Assembly: GCA_964421015.1 (NCBI GenBank)
Contig: CAYQUS010000005.1
Span: 10,063-74,062, forward strand
Length of the DNA stretch: 64,000 bases
Direction: 5' to 3'
Source: an uncultured Planctomycetia bacterium
Lineage (GTDB): Bacteria; Omnitrophota; Gorgyraeia; Tantalellales; Tantalellaceae
Part shown: positions 1 through 8,573 of the stretch, one piece after another
How the letters are laid out: the number at the start of each line of letters is the position of its first letter
Numbering within the stretch: position 1 is the stretch's first letter
Notes under the pieces: generated by a model
Seen by the model: only the letters and a program-made list of their open reading frames with translations
Database searches by the model: none
Told to the model about the DNA's origin: nothing
Position numbers and translations under genes: made by a program

Positions 1-416
1 CGGAGATGAGAAAACACGGGGTAAAGATAAAGTTAAACCCCATAATGTCGGTGCTTAAGAACAAGAGGGTGATTGTCGTGGAAGACTCTATAGTTAGAGG
101 CACCACCACGAGCTGCAGGATAAAAGAGATACGGGACGCGGGCGCGAGCGAGATACACATGAGAATAAGCTGTCCTCCCATAAAGTTCCCTTGTTTTTAC
201 GGAATAGATTTTCCGTCAAGAAAAGAGCTTATAGCCAACGAGTACGGGACCGTAGATGAGGTCGCCTCGGCGATAGGAGTGGACAGCCTTAAGTACCTTA
301 GTATGGACGGTATGTTCGAGGCGATAGGCGGCAACAAGTTCTGCGCGGCCTGTTTTAACGGGATCTATCCCACTAAAACAAAGAAGGCCGCGGTCAAGGC
401 GGCGTTCGAAAAATAG
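1..416 (+). CDS. purF: Amidophosphoribosyltransferase, C-terminal part (5'-truncated by window edge)
   Basis: The translation contains the PRPP-binding loop VVEDSIVRGTT and a PurF-type C-terminus ending in the Cys-rich tail CAACFNGIYP. The reading frame is open to the window start. Confidence 0.8.
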   Translation, partial: EMRKHGVKIKLNPIMSVLKNKRVIVVEDSIVRGTTTSCRIKEIRDAGASEIHMRISCPPIKFPCFYGIDFPSRKELIANEYGTVDEVASAIGVDSLKYLSMDGMFEAIGGNKFCAACFNGIYPTKTKKAAVKAAFEK

Positions 417-437
417 CTAATAAACGGCAGGTGTAAA

Positions 438-2054
438 ATGGCGAAGTACATATATGTTACGGGCGGCGTGGTCTCTAGTCTCGGAAAAGGCATAGCGTCG
501 GCCTCGATAGGAAAGATCCTTGAATGGGCCGGGTACAAGGTAGCTATAGTTAAATGCGATCCTTACATAAACGTTGATCCCGGGACCATGAACCCGTACC
601 AGCACGGGGAAGTATACGTTACCGACGACGGCGCCGAAACCGATCTTGATCTGGGGCATTATTACCGCTATACGCGCTCCCCGCTTTCCAGAATAAACAA
701 TATCACCACCGGGAAAGTATACCAGAACGTTATAAATATGGAGAGAAAAGGGGACTTCCTGGGGGACACAGTACAGGTCATACCGCATATAACCAACGAG
801 ATAAAGTCGCTTATCCGCCGCGCGGAAAAGGAATATAAGGTAGACATAGTGCTTGTGGAAATAGGCGGTACGGCGGGTGATATAGAGAGCCTTCCTTTCC
901 TTGAGGCCATAAGGCAGATGAAAAATGAACTTCCGGCGGGGGATTCCGTTAACATACACCTGACGCTCCTGCCGTACATAAAGTCCGCGGGAGAGATGAA
1001 GACCAAGCCCACTCAGCATTCGGTCGGTAAACTTAGGGAGATAGGTATACAGCCCGAGATACTGATGGTGCGGACGGAAAGGCCGCTGGAGGATTCCTCG
1101 AGGGCTAAGATAGCCCTTTTCTGTAACGTACGGAAAGAATGCGTCATCGAGGCCCGCGACGTTGATAACGTGTATGAGATACCGCTTAAGTTCAGGGAGA
1201 GCGGCCTGGATAAGATAATAATGGACCTTTTAAGGATAAAGAAAAAACGCGACTACCGCGACCGCAACTGGGAAAAGGTGATCCTCGCCGCTAAAAAAAC
1301 CGAGAAAAAAGTCAAAATAGGTATAGTGGGAAAATATATAACATTGCAGGACGCCTACAAGTCAATAGACGAGGCGCTCAAGCATGCCGCTATAACCGCG
1401 GGATTAAAGCTGGAGCTGGTTAAGATAGAATCGGACGATCTTGAGAAGAAAAGCCCGGAGGCGCTGGAAAGTATCTTTGAAGGGGTTTCAGGTATTCTTG
1501 TCCCGGGAGGGTTCGGTTCCCGCGGGATAGCGGGTAAAATGGCCGCGGCCAGATATGCCAGGGAAAAAGCTTTGCCTTATTTCGGGATATGTCTGGGGAT
1601 GCAGGTGGCTGTTATGGAATTCGCCCGCAACGTATGCGGGCTCAGCGGAGCTGATTCTACTGAGTTCAGGCCGGGCACACGCTATCCTGTTATATCGCTT
1701 CTTTCTGAGCAAAAGAACACAAGGATGATGGGCGGGACAATGAGATTGGGCGAGTACCGCTGCGATCTTTCAAGCGGCAGCAAGGCCAGGGCATCTTACG
1801 GGAAGGCTTCTGTAATGGAGAGGCACCGTCACCGGTACGAGTTTAACGGGGACTACAAGAAACTTTTCGAGAAAAAGGGAATGCTCTTAAGCGGTATACA
1901 TCCCAAAGGAAAGCTGGTCGAGATAGTAGAGATAAAAGACCACCCGTGGTTCGTGGCTGTCCAGTTCCATCCGGAATTCAAGTCGAGGCCCGATGAGCCG
2001 CATCCCCTTTTCAGGGATTTTGTGGCGGCTGCCGGCAGAATTTCGTTGACATGA
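438..2054 (+). CDS. pyrG: CTP synthase
   Basis: N-terminus MAKYIYVTGGVVSSLGKGI is the CTP synthase signature. A C-terminal glutamine amidotransferase domain is present (GICLGMQ, HRHRYE). 538 aa. Confidence 0.95.
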   Translation: MAKYIYVTGGVVSSLGKGIASASIGKILEWAGYKVAIVKCDPYINVDPGTMNPYQHGEVYVTDDGAETDLDLGHYYRYTRSPLSRINNITTGKVYQNVINMERKGDFLGDTVQVIPHITNEIKSLIRRAEKEYKVDIVLVEIGGTAGDIESLPFLEAIRQMKNELPAGDSVNIHLTLLPYIKSAGEMKTKPTQHSVGKLREIGIQPEILMVRTERPLEDSSRAKIALFCNVRKECVIEARDVDNVYEIPLKFRESGLDKIIMDLLRIKKKRDYRDRNWEKVILAAKKTEKKVKIGIVGKYITLQDAYKSIDEALKHAAITAGLKLELVKIESDDLEKKSPEALESIFEGVSGILVPGGFGSRGIAGKMAAARYAREKALPYFGICLGMQVAVMEFARNVCGLSGADSTEFRPGTRYPVISLLSEQKNTRMMGGTMRLGEYRCDLSSGSKARASYGKASVMERHRHRYEFNGDYKKLFEKKGMLLSGIHPKGKLVEIVEIKDHPWFVAVQFHPEFKSRPDEPHPLFRDFVAAAGRISLT

Positions 2055-2109
2055 ACCCGTAATGATGTTATAATCAGCTCAACAAAGATGTTGACACAGC
2101 GGCTACGTG

Positions 2110-2140
2110 GCCCCGGTTTTAAGTCGGGGCTTTTTTATTT
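2110..2140 (+). terminator. Rho-independent terminator after pyrG
   Basis: Stem GCCCCGG/CGGGGC (2110-2130) followed by a TTTTTT tract. Confidence 0.6.
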
Positions 2141-2156
2141 TCCGCGTAAGGCGATG

Positions 2157-2201
2157 AAGCCCTTTCAAGTACCGTATCGGTCTTGGTAAGGGCTTTTTTT
2201 T
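2157..2201 (+). terminator. Second, imperfect hairpin with a long T-tract
   Basis: AAGCCC...GGGCTT stem with an inner imperfect stem, then TTTTTTTT (2194-2201). Confidence 0.4.
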
Positions 2202-2253
2202 ATGGTCTTGTGCATAATTTAAAGGCAGAAGCTGCACAAACCAGGGTTATGAG

Positions 2254-2505
2254 ATGCCGGAGGCAAGGCTTTTGTCCTCCCGGGGAGCGGTTATGGAAGA
2301 TATAGACAGGATGTTCCTTATGATAGGCCGCGGAAAGGTGTATAATAAGGTGATAAATGACACTGAAAAGATGCTTATCGAAGGTGCCCTCGCCAGGGCT
2401 TTCGGTAACCAGTCTATCGCGGCCAAGATACTGGGCATAAACAGGAACACCATGAGGGCAAAGGTAAGAAAACTCGGGATAGATCCCAGAAAATTCAGGA
2501 TATAA
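2254..2505 (+). CDS. Small Fis-family HTH DNA-binding protein
   Basis: C-terminus GNQSIAAKILGINRNTMRAKVRKLGI matches the Fis/NtrC HTH_8 helix-turn-helix (compare Fis [25 protein letters not shown]). The start may instead be the internal ATG at 2293 (MEDIDR), which has a GGGAG RBS. Confidence 0.6.
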   Translation: MPEARLLSSRGAVMEDIDRMFLMIGRGKVYNKVINDTEKMLIEGALARAFGNQSIAAKILGINRNTMRAKVRKLGIDPRKFRI

Positions 2506-2518
2506 AGCGGGGAAAAAT

Positions 2519-5500
2519 ATGAGAAGTCCGAATCTTCCGGTCAAGCAGGGGTTATACGATCCGGCTTTCGAACATGACAGCTGCGGAGTAGGTTTTGTAT
2601 GCGACATCAAAGGCAGAAAATCGCATGATGTTGTTGCTAAAGGGCTTGAAGTCCTCGAAAGGATGAGCCATAGGGGAGCCGTAGGCGCGGACCCAAGAAC
2701 CGGGGACGGAGCGGGTGTGCTGATCCAGATACCGCACGCTTTTTTCGCGGACGAGTTCAGGAAAAAAGGCCTTACGCTGCCGGGCGAAGGAGAGTACGGA
2801 GCGGGAGTGGTTTTCCTGCCTCAGAACAGCAAGTGCAGGGAAAATTGCGAAAAAATAGTGAAAGAGGCCGCGGAAGAAGAGGGGCAGGTTTTTATAGGAT
2901 GGCGGGACGTTCCGGTTGATGAGACCATAATAGGGAAAGTAGCCAAGATAACGCAGCCTGTTATAAGACAGGTTTTTATAGGCAAAGGTTTGTCGTGCCC
3001 TGACGATAAGGCTTTTGAGAGGAAACTTTACGTAATACGGAAGGTGGCTGAAAACCGGATAGAGGCTTCAGATATCCCGGAGAAAGACTTTTTTTACATG
3101 ACCGGGCTTTCCTCCAAAAAAATAATTTACAAAGGGCTTTTAATGCCGGAACAGGTGGGGCCTTACTTCCCGGACCTGCGGAACAGCCTTATTTCCAGCG
3201 CTCTTGCTCTTGTCCACTCGAGGTACAGCACGAATACTTTCCCGACCTGGGACCTTGCACAGCCTTTCCGGTATCTGGCGCATAACGGGGAGATAAATAC
3301 GCTGAGAGGTAATATTAACTGGTTCCGTTCCGGAGAGAGGCTCCTGGCATCCAAGCTTTTCGGCAACGATATATCAAAGGTAAAACCTGTGATAGTCGAG
3401 GGGGGTAGCGATTCTGCCGCTATAGACAATGTTTTCGAGCTGCTTACGCTGAGCGGAAGGCCTCTTCAACACGCGATGATGATGCTTATTCCCGGTTCCT
3501 GGGAGCATGATGCTTCCCTGGATGAGAAGGTGAAGGATTTTTACGCCTACCACGCCTGCTTTATGGAACCATGGGACGGTCCCGCAGCCATAGCCTTTAC
3601 CGACGGAAAAGATATAGGTGCGGTCCTGGACAGGAACGGCCTTAGGCCCGCAAGGTACATAATAACCAAAAAAGATCTTGTGGTCATGTCCTCAGAGGTG
3701 GGGGTGCTGGATATCTCTCCTGGAGAAATAGCTGTTTCGGGAAGGCTGGAACCTGGGAAAATGTTCTTTATCGATACTTCCGCCGGCAGGGTCGTGGGCG
3801 ATGAGGAGATAAAAAAGACGCTTGCCTCTTCCAGTCCATACGGTAAATGGCTGGGGGAGAACATCGTTGACGTCGAAGAACTTCCCTCTTCGGCGGCAGG
3901 GGACAGAAAACCCGCCGACCTTACCAGGATGCTCAAGTGTTTCGGGTATTCCAGGGAGGATCTCGGGGTGATACTTAAGCCCATGGCAGAAGAGGGAAAA
4001 GAGCCCGTGGGCTCGATGGGTAACGATATCCCACACGCTTTTCTCTCGAAAAGGCCGCAGCTTCTTTTCGATCATTTTAAGCAGCTCTTTGCCCAGGTTA
4101 CCAATCCCGCCATAGATCCAATAAGGGAAGATGTGGTAATGAGCATGGAAACTTATATAGGAACAGGCGGGAATATACTTGAGGAGTTACCCGGGCATTG
4201 CAGAAAGCTCAGGTTAACCGATCCCGTACTTTCCGACGAGGAAACTTCGCGGATAAAACATGTCAATTCGGATGTTTTCAGGGCAAAAACGGTATATGTC
4301 TTTTTTGATCCCGAGAGAGAGAACGATTTCGCCAAAGCCATAGACAGGATATGCTACGAGGCCTCTTTCGCGGTTGAGGAGGGTTATAGCTTTCTTATAC
4401 TGAGCGACCGTGGGCTGAACTCCGAGAAAGCGGCTTTACCTTCTCTTCTCGCCCTTAGCGCCGTGCATCAGCATCTTGTAAGGAGTTCGGTGAGAACCCA
4501 GATAAGCATAATAGTGGAAAGCGGAGAGCCTCGCGAAGTGAATCATTTCGCGCTGCTTTTGGCTTATGGCGCGGACGCCGTTAATCCGTATCTTGCTTAT
4601 GAGGCTATAAGGGATATGGCAAGAAGAGGTGAAGTGTCCTGCGGCGTGGACAAGGCCGAAAAAAATTACCGCAAGGCTCTGGAAGCCGGGATACTGAAGA
4701 TACTTTCCAAAATGGGGATATCAACGCTGCGCAGTTACAAGGGAGCGCAGATATTCGAGGCGCTTGGACTGGACAGCGACGTTGTGGAAAAATTCTTCAC
4801 CAACACGGCCTCGAGGATCGGGGGCGTGGGGCTTCTCGGTATCAGGAAGGACGCTGTTGAAAGACACACGGCGGCATATCTGGTCCCGGAAGGCGCAGGT
4901 AGGGACATACTTCCGTCGGGAGGGGTATATCAGTGGAAAAGGGACGGCGAGTTCCATCTGTGGAACCCCGAAAGCATAGCGGCGTTGCAGGACTCTGTCA
5001 GAAAAGGGGATTACTCCGGGTACAGGAAATTCGCGGCGCTTATAGACGATCAGTCGGGTAACCCGGCTACCATAAGGAGTCTTTTCAAATTCATCAAAAG
5101 GGAGCCCGTTCCTATAGAACAGGTCGAACCCGTTGAGAGCCTTCTTAAAAGGTTCGCTACGGGGGCGATGAGTTTCGGTTCCATAAGCAGGAACGCTCAT
5201 GAGACCATAGCGATAGCCATGAACCGTATCGGGGGGAGGTCAAACACGGGCGAGGGAGGGGAGGACCCGGCGAGGTTCATACCTCTTCCGAATGGAGATT
5301 CGCGCAAGAGCGCCATAAAACAGGTAGCTTCCGGAAGGTTCGGCGTTACGGCGAATTATCTTGTTAATGCCGACGAGATACAGATAAAAATATCTCAGGG
5401 CGCTAAACCGGGCGAAGGAGGCCAGCTTCCCGGGCACAAGGTAAGCGCAATTATAGCCAGGACCAGGTACACCACTCAGGGGGTTACGCTGATCTCGCCT

Positions 5501-7051
5501 CCGCCGCATCATGACATATATTCGATAGAGGACCTGGCGCAGCTTATATTTGATCTTAAAAGCGTGAATCCTATGGCAAGAGTGAGTGTCAAGCTTGTTT
5601 CCGAGGTGGGAGTAGGGACTGTAGCGGCCGGAGTGGCCAAGGGCCACGCCGACATGATACTGATATCCGGAGGGGACGGCGGAACAGGAGCTTCTCCCAG
5701 GACGTCGATACGGCATGCCGGACTTCCCTGGGAATTAGGGCTTTCGGAAACCCATCAGACTCTGGTGCTTAACAATTTAAGGAACAGGGTGCGGTTACAG
5801 ACCGACGGTCAGATGCGTACAGGAAGAGACGTGGCTCTTGCCGCCATACTGGGCGCGGAGGAGTTCGGGTTCTGCACGGCCGTTCTTATAACCCTGGGAT
5901 GCGTGATGCTAAGGCACTGTCACCTCAATAACTGTTCGGTAGGAGTGGCTACCCAGGATGAGCTTCTAGAGAAAAGGTTTTCCGGCAGGCCGGAATATGT
6001 TGTCAATTACATGAACTTTATAGCGATGCATCTAAGAGAGATCATGGCGGATCTGGGTGTGACAAAACTGGACGACCTTGTGGGGAGGACGGATCTTGTG
6101 GAGGTAAACAAGGACATACTCCCTGAAAAAGCAAAAAACACCGATCTTTCTCAGATACTTTACCGCCCACGGACGCCGGAAAGTCTGCTTGGAATAAACG
6201 TGGACGGCGGGAGCGGCGTAAACAGGAACATGCTTGACGAGACCATAATACGATTGTCCGCCGAAGCCATAAATAGCGGAACTCCGGTAGAGATGGACCT
6301 TGATATACACAATCACGACAGGGCCGTGGGAGCCAGGCTCAGCGGGAAAGTCTGCAGGGAACATGGGGAGCAGGGTCTGGGTGAAGATACCATAAGGTGC
6401 CGGTTTAAAGGGTTCGCCGGGCAGAGCTTTGGGGCGTTTCTCGCCAGAGGCGTCACTTTTGAGCTTTCCGGCATGGCCAACGATTATGTGGGTAAAAGCA
6501 TTTCGGGAGGAAAAATAATCGTGTATCCCGGAAGGGGGGCTTCATACAAGGCCGAAGAAAATGTCATAATAGGTAACACCTGTTTTTACGGAGCGATATC
6601 GGGGGAGGCTTACATAAGAGGCCGCGCCGGTGAAAGGTTCTGTGTCAGGAATTCCGGTCTTTACGCCGTTGTAGAGGGGCTGGGGGATCATGGTTGCGAG
6701 TATATGACCGGGGGCAGGGTCGTTGTACTGGGTAAGACAGGCAGGAATTTTGCCGCCGGCATGTCAGGGGGTATAGCCTATGTCTACGACAAGAAAAAGG
6801 AACTTAAGGGCAAATGCAATATGGAAATGGTGGAGCTTGAGGCTCTTAACCAGGATGACAGGACAATGGTATACGGTCTTTTGCGGAGCCATCATGTGAA
6901 TACGTCAAGCTCGGTTGCCGGATACATACTTGAGAACTTTTCCTCGGAGATAGAAGCTTTTATAAAAGTAATGCCTGTGGAGTATAAGCGGGTGATGGCG
7001 GCAAGGGAGATGGAAGAGAAGATGGGGCTAGGGGAGGCTTCCGATGGGTGA
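2519..7051 (+). CDS. gltB: Glutamate synthase large subunit
   Basis: 1510 aa. The N-terminal Ntn-amidotransferase Cys motif CGVGFV is present, followed by FMN/Fe-S central and C-terminal GXGXG domains typical of GltB. Confidence 0.95.
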   Translation: MRSPNLPVKQGLYDPAFEHDSCGVGFVCDIKGRKSHDVVAKGLEVLERMSHRGAVGADPRTGDGAGVLIQIPHAFFADEFRKKGLTLPGEGEYGAGVVFLPQNSKCRENCEKIVKEAAEEEGQVFIGWRDVPVDETIIGKVAKITQPVIRQVFIGKGLSCPDDKAFERKLYVIRKVAENRIEASDIPEKDFFYMTGLSSKKIIYKGLLMPEQVGPYFPDLRNSLISSALALVHSRYSTNTFPTWDLAQPFRYLAHNGEINTLRGNINWFRSGERLLASKLFGNDISKVKPVIVEGGSDSAAIDNVFELLTLSGRPLQHAMMMLIPGSWEHDASLDEKVKDFYAYHACFMEPWDGPAAIAFTDGKDIGAVLDRNGLRPARYIITKKDLVVMSSEVGVLDISPGEIAVSGRLEPGKMFFIDTSAGRVVGDEEIKKTLASSSPYGKWLGENIVDVEELPSSAAGDRKPADLTRMLKCFGYSREDLGVILKPMAEEGKEPVGSMGNDIPHAFLSKRPQLLFDHFKQLFAQVTNPAIDPIREDVVMSMETYIGTGGNILEELPGHCRKLRLTDPVLSDEETSRIKHVNSDVFRAKTVYVFFDPERENDFAKAIDRICYEASFAVEEGYSFLILSDRGLNSEKAALPSLLALSAVHQHLVRSSVRTQISIIVESGEPREVNHFALLLAYGADAVNPYLAYEAIRDMARRGEVSCGVDKAEKNYRKALEAGILKILSKMGISTLRSYKGAQIFEALGLDSDVVEKFFTNTASRIGGVGLLGIRKDAVERHTAAYLVPEGAGRDILPSGGVYQWKRDGEFHLWNPESIAALQDSVRKGDYSGYRKFAALIDDQSGNPATIRSLFKFIKREPVPIEQVEPVESLLKRFATGAMSFGSISRNAHETIAIAMNRIGGRSNTGEGGEDPARFIPLPNGDSRKSAIKQVASGRFGVTANYLVNADEIQIKISQGAKPGEGGQLPGHKVSAIIARTRYTTQGVTLISPPPHHDIYSIEDLAQLIFDLKSVNPMARVSVKLVSEVGVGTVAAGVAKGHADMILISGGDGGTGASPRTSIRHAGLPWELGLSETHQTLVLNNLRNRVRLQTDGQMRTGRDVALAAILGAEEFGFCTAVLITLGCVMLRHCHLNNCSVGVATQDELLEKRFSGRPEYVVNYMNFIAMHLREIMADLGVTKLDDLVGRTDLVEVNKDILPEKAKNTDLSQILYRPRTPESLLGINVDGGSGVNRNMLDETIIRLSAEAINSGTPVEMDLDIHNHDRAVGARLSGKVCREHGEQGLGEDTIRCRFKGFAGQSFGAFLARGVTFELSGMANDYVGKSISGGKIIVYPGRGASYKAEENVIIGNTCFYGAISGEAYIRGRAGERFCVRNSGLYAVVEGLGDHGCEYMTGGRVVVLGKTGRNFAAGMSGGIAYVYDKKKELKGKCNMEMVELEALNQDDRTMVYGLLRSHHVNTSSSVAGYILENFSSEIEAFIKVMPVEYKRVMAAREMEEKMGLGEASDG

Positions 7052-8489
7052 TGTAAGAGGATTTCTTAAAGTGCGGAGAAAAGAGGCTTCATACCGGCCC
7101 GTATGCGAGAGGGTGGAGGATTTTGAGGAAGTGGCGGTGCCGCTTACTTCGGAAGAGGCTTCACATCAGGCTTCAAGATGCATGGACTGCGGGACGCCGT
7201 TCTGTCATTGGGGGTGTCCGCTCGGGAACCAGATACCCGAGTGGAACGATCTGGCCTTCAAGGGGGAATGGGAAAAGGCCTTCCGCCTGTTATCGTCCAC
7301 TAACAATTTCCCGGAAATAACGGGACGCGTCTGCCCGGCGACATGCGAATACTCATGCGTGCTCGGCATAAACGACGAGCCTGTAACGATACGGCAGAAT
7401 GAACTTTCGATTATAGAGAAGGCCTTCGACGCGGGGATGGTAAAGCCTAGGGTAAGGGAAAGAAGGACCGGGAAAAAAATTTTTGTTGTTGGGTCGGGAC
7501 CTGCCGGCCTGGCCTGCGCCGATCAGCTTAACAAGGCTGGGCATGATGTGACTCTTTACGAGAAGGACGATAAATCCGGGGGGCTTTTACGTTACGGCAT
7601 CCCCCAGTTTAAGCTTGATAAAAGAGTTCTGGACAGGCGATTAGAGCTTATGAGAAAAGAAGGTATTGAGTTCGTTACAGGTATGCTCGTGGGCAGGGAT
7701 ATTCCGTCCGGCGAGCTTTTGTCAAAGGCCGACGCGCTGTGTCTGGCTCTGGGGTCGGGCTGCCCAAGGGACATCCCCATCGAGGGAAGGGATCTTAACG
7801 GGATACACTTCGCGATGGAGTATCTGACACAAGGCAATAGGATAGCCGCGGGGGAAAAGATACCCGCGGATAAGCTCATATCGGCCGAAGGTAAAAAAGT
7901 CGTTGTTATAGGGGGAGGCGACACCGGGTCGGATTGCGTCGGGACGGCCAATAGGCAAAAAGCGGCATGTGTTGTGCAGATAGAGCTTCTTCCCAAACCT
8001 CCCGATCAGCGGACGGAGGAATATCCGTGGCCGAGGTATCCGGTGGTCCTTAAGACCTCTTCCAGCCACGAGGAAGGAGCGTCGAGGGAATGGGCCGTAC
8101 TTACAAAAAGGTTCCTGGGAAGAGCGGGAAAAGTTACCGGTCTTGAGTGCGCGAGGGTGGAGTTCGTGAAGTCGCCTGTTACGGGGCGCTTAGAGATGAA
8201 AGAGATGGAGAATAGTCGGTTCCCCGTAGAGGCCGATCTTGTTATAATAGCCGCGGGTTTCGTTCATCCGGAACAGGGCGGCATAGTTTCCGAGCTCGGT
8301 CTGGAACTCGATGAAAGGAAGAACATAAAGACCGGGCAGGAGATGATGACCAGCGTGAAGAAGGTTTTTTCCGCGGGGGACAGTAGAAGAGGCCAGTCCC
8401 TTGTTGTCTGGGCCATATCTGAGGGGAGAAAATGCGCCCATAACATAGACAAGTATCTTATGGGGCGAAGTTTTCTGCCGTTCATGTGA
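7044..8489 (+). CDS. gltD: Glutamate synthase small (NADPH) subunit
   Basis: Fe-S Cys cluster CMDCGTPFCH...GCP and two dinucleotide-binding motifs (VVGSGPAGLA; VIGGGDTG). Overlaps the gltB stop by 8 nt, consistent with translational coupling. Confidence 0.9.
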   Translation: MGDVRGFLKVRRKEASYRPVCERVEDFEEVAVPLTSEEASHQASRCMDCGTPFCHWGCPLGNQIPEWNDLAFKGEWEKAFRLLSSTNNFPEITGRVCPATCEYSCVLGINDEPVTIRQNELSIIEKAFDAGMVKPRVRERRTGKKIFVVGSGPAGLACADQLNKAGHDVTLYEKDDKSGGLLRYGIPQFKLDKRVLDRRLELMRKEGIEFVTGMLVGRDIPSGELLSKADALCLALGSGCPRDIPIEGRDLNGIHFAMEYLTQGNRIAAGEKIPADKLISAEGKKVVVIGGGDTGSDCVGTANRQKAACVVQIELLPKPPDQRTEEYPWPRYPVVLKTSSSHEEGASREWAVLTKRFLGRAGKVTGLECARVEFVKSPVTGRLEMKEMENSRFPVEADLVIIAAGFVHPEQGGIVSELGLELDERKNIKTGQEMMTSVKKVFSAGDSRRGQSLVVWAISEGRKCAHNIDKYLMGRSFLPFM

Positions 8490-8573
8490 GGATAATATTT
8501 GTGACATGCCGGCGTGGCGAAAAAGGTTTGATAAAGGTCTATAACAGCGAGGCACAGGTTCACGGGAGGGAGC

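Noticed and set aside
417-1019. 200-aa minus-strand ORF (and many similar minus-strand ORFs, e.g. 3547-3984, 5240-5716, 11842-12768, 31220-31942, 37085-37804, 47411-47983, 52681-53766)
   Set aside because: They lie fully antisense inside well-supported + strand genes (pyrG, gltB, nfnA, nifS, trxB, giant ORFs). Their translations are low-complexity with no motifs, so they are typical shadow ORFs.
2200-2250. Possible sigma54 (-24/-12) promoter GGCAGaagcTGCAC upstream of the fis-like/gltB genes
   Set aside because: The GG-to-GC spacing is 2 nt short of the TGGCAC-N5-TTGCW consensus.
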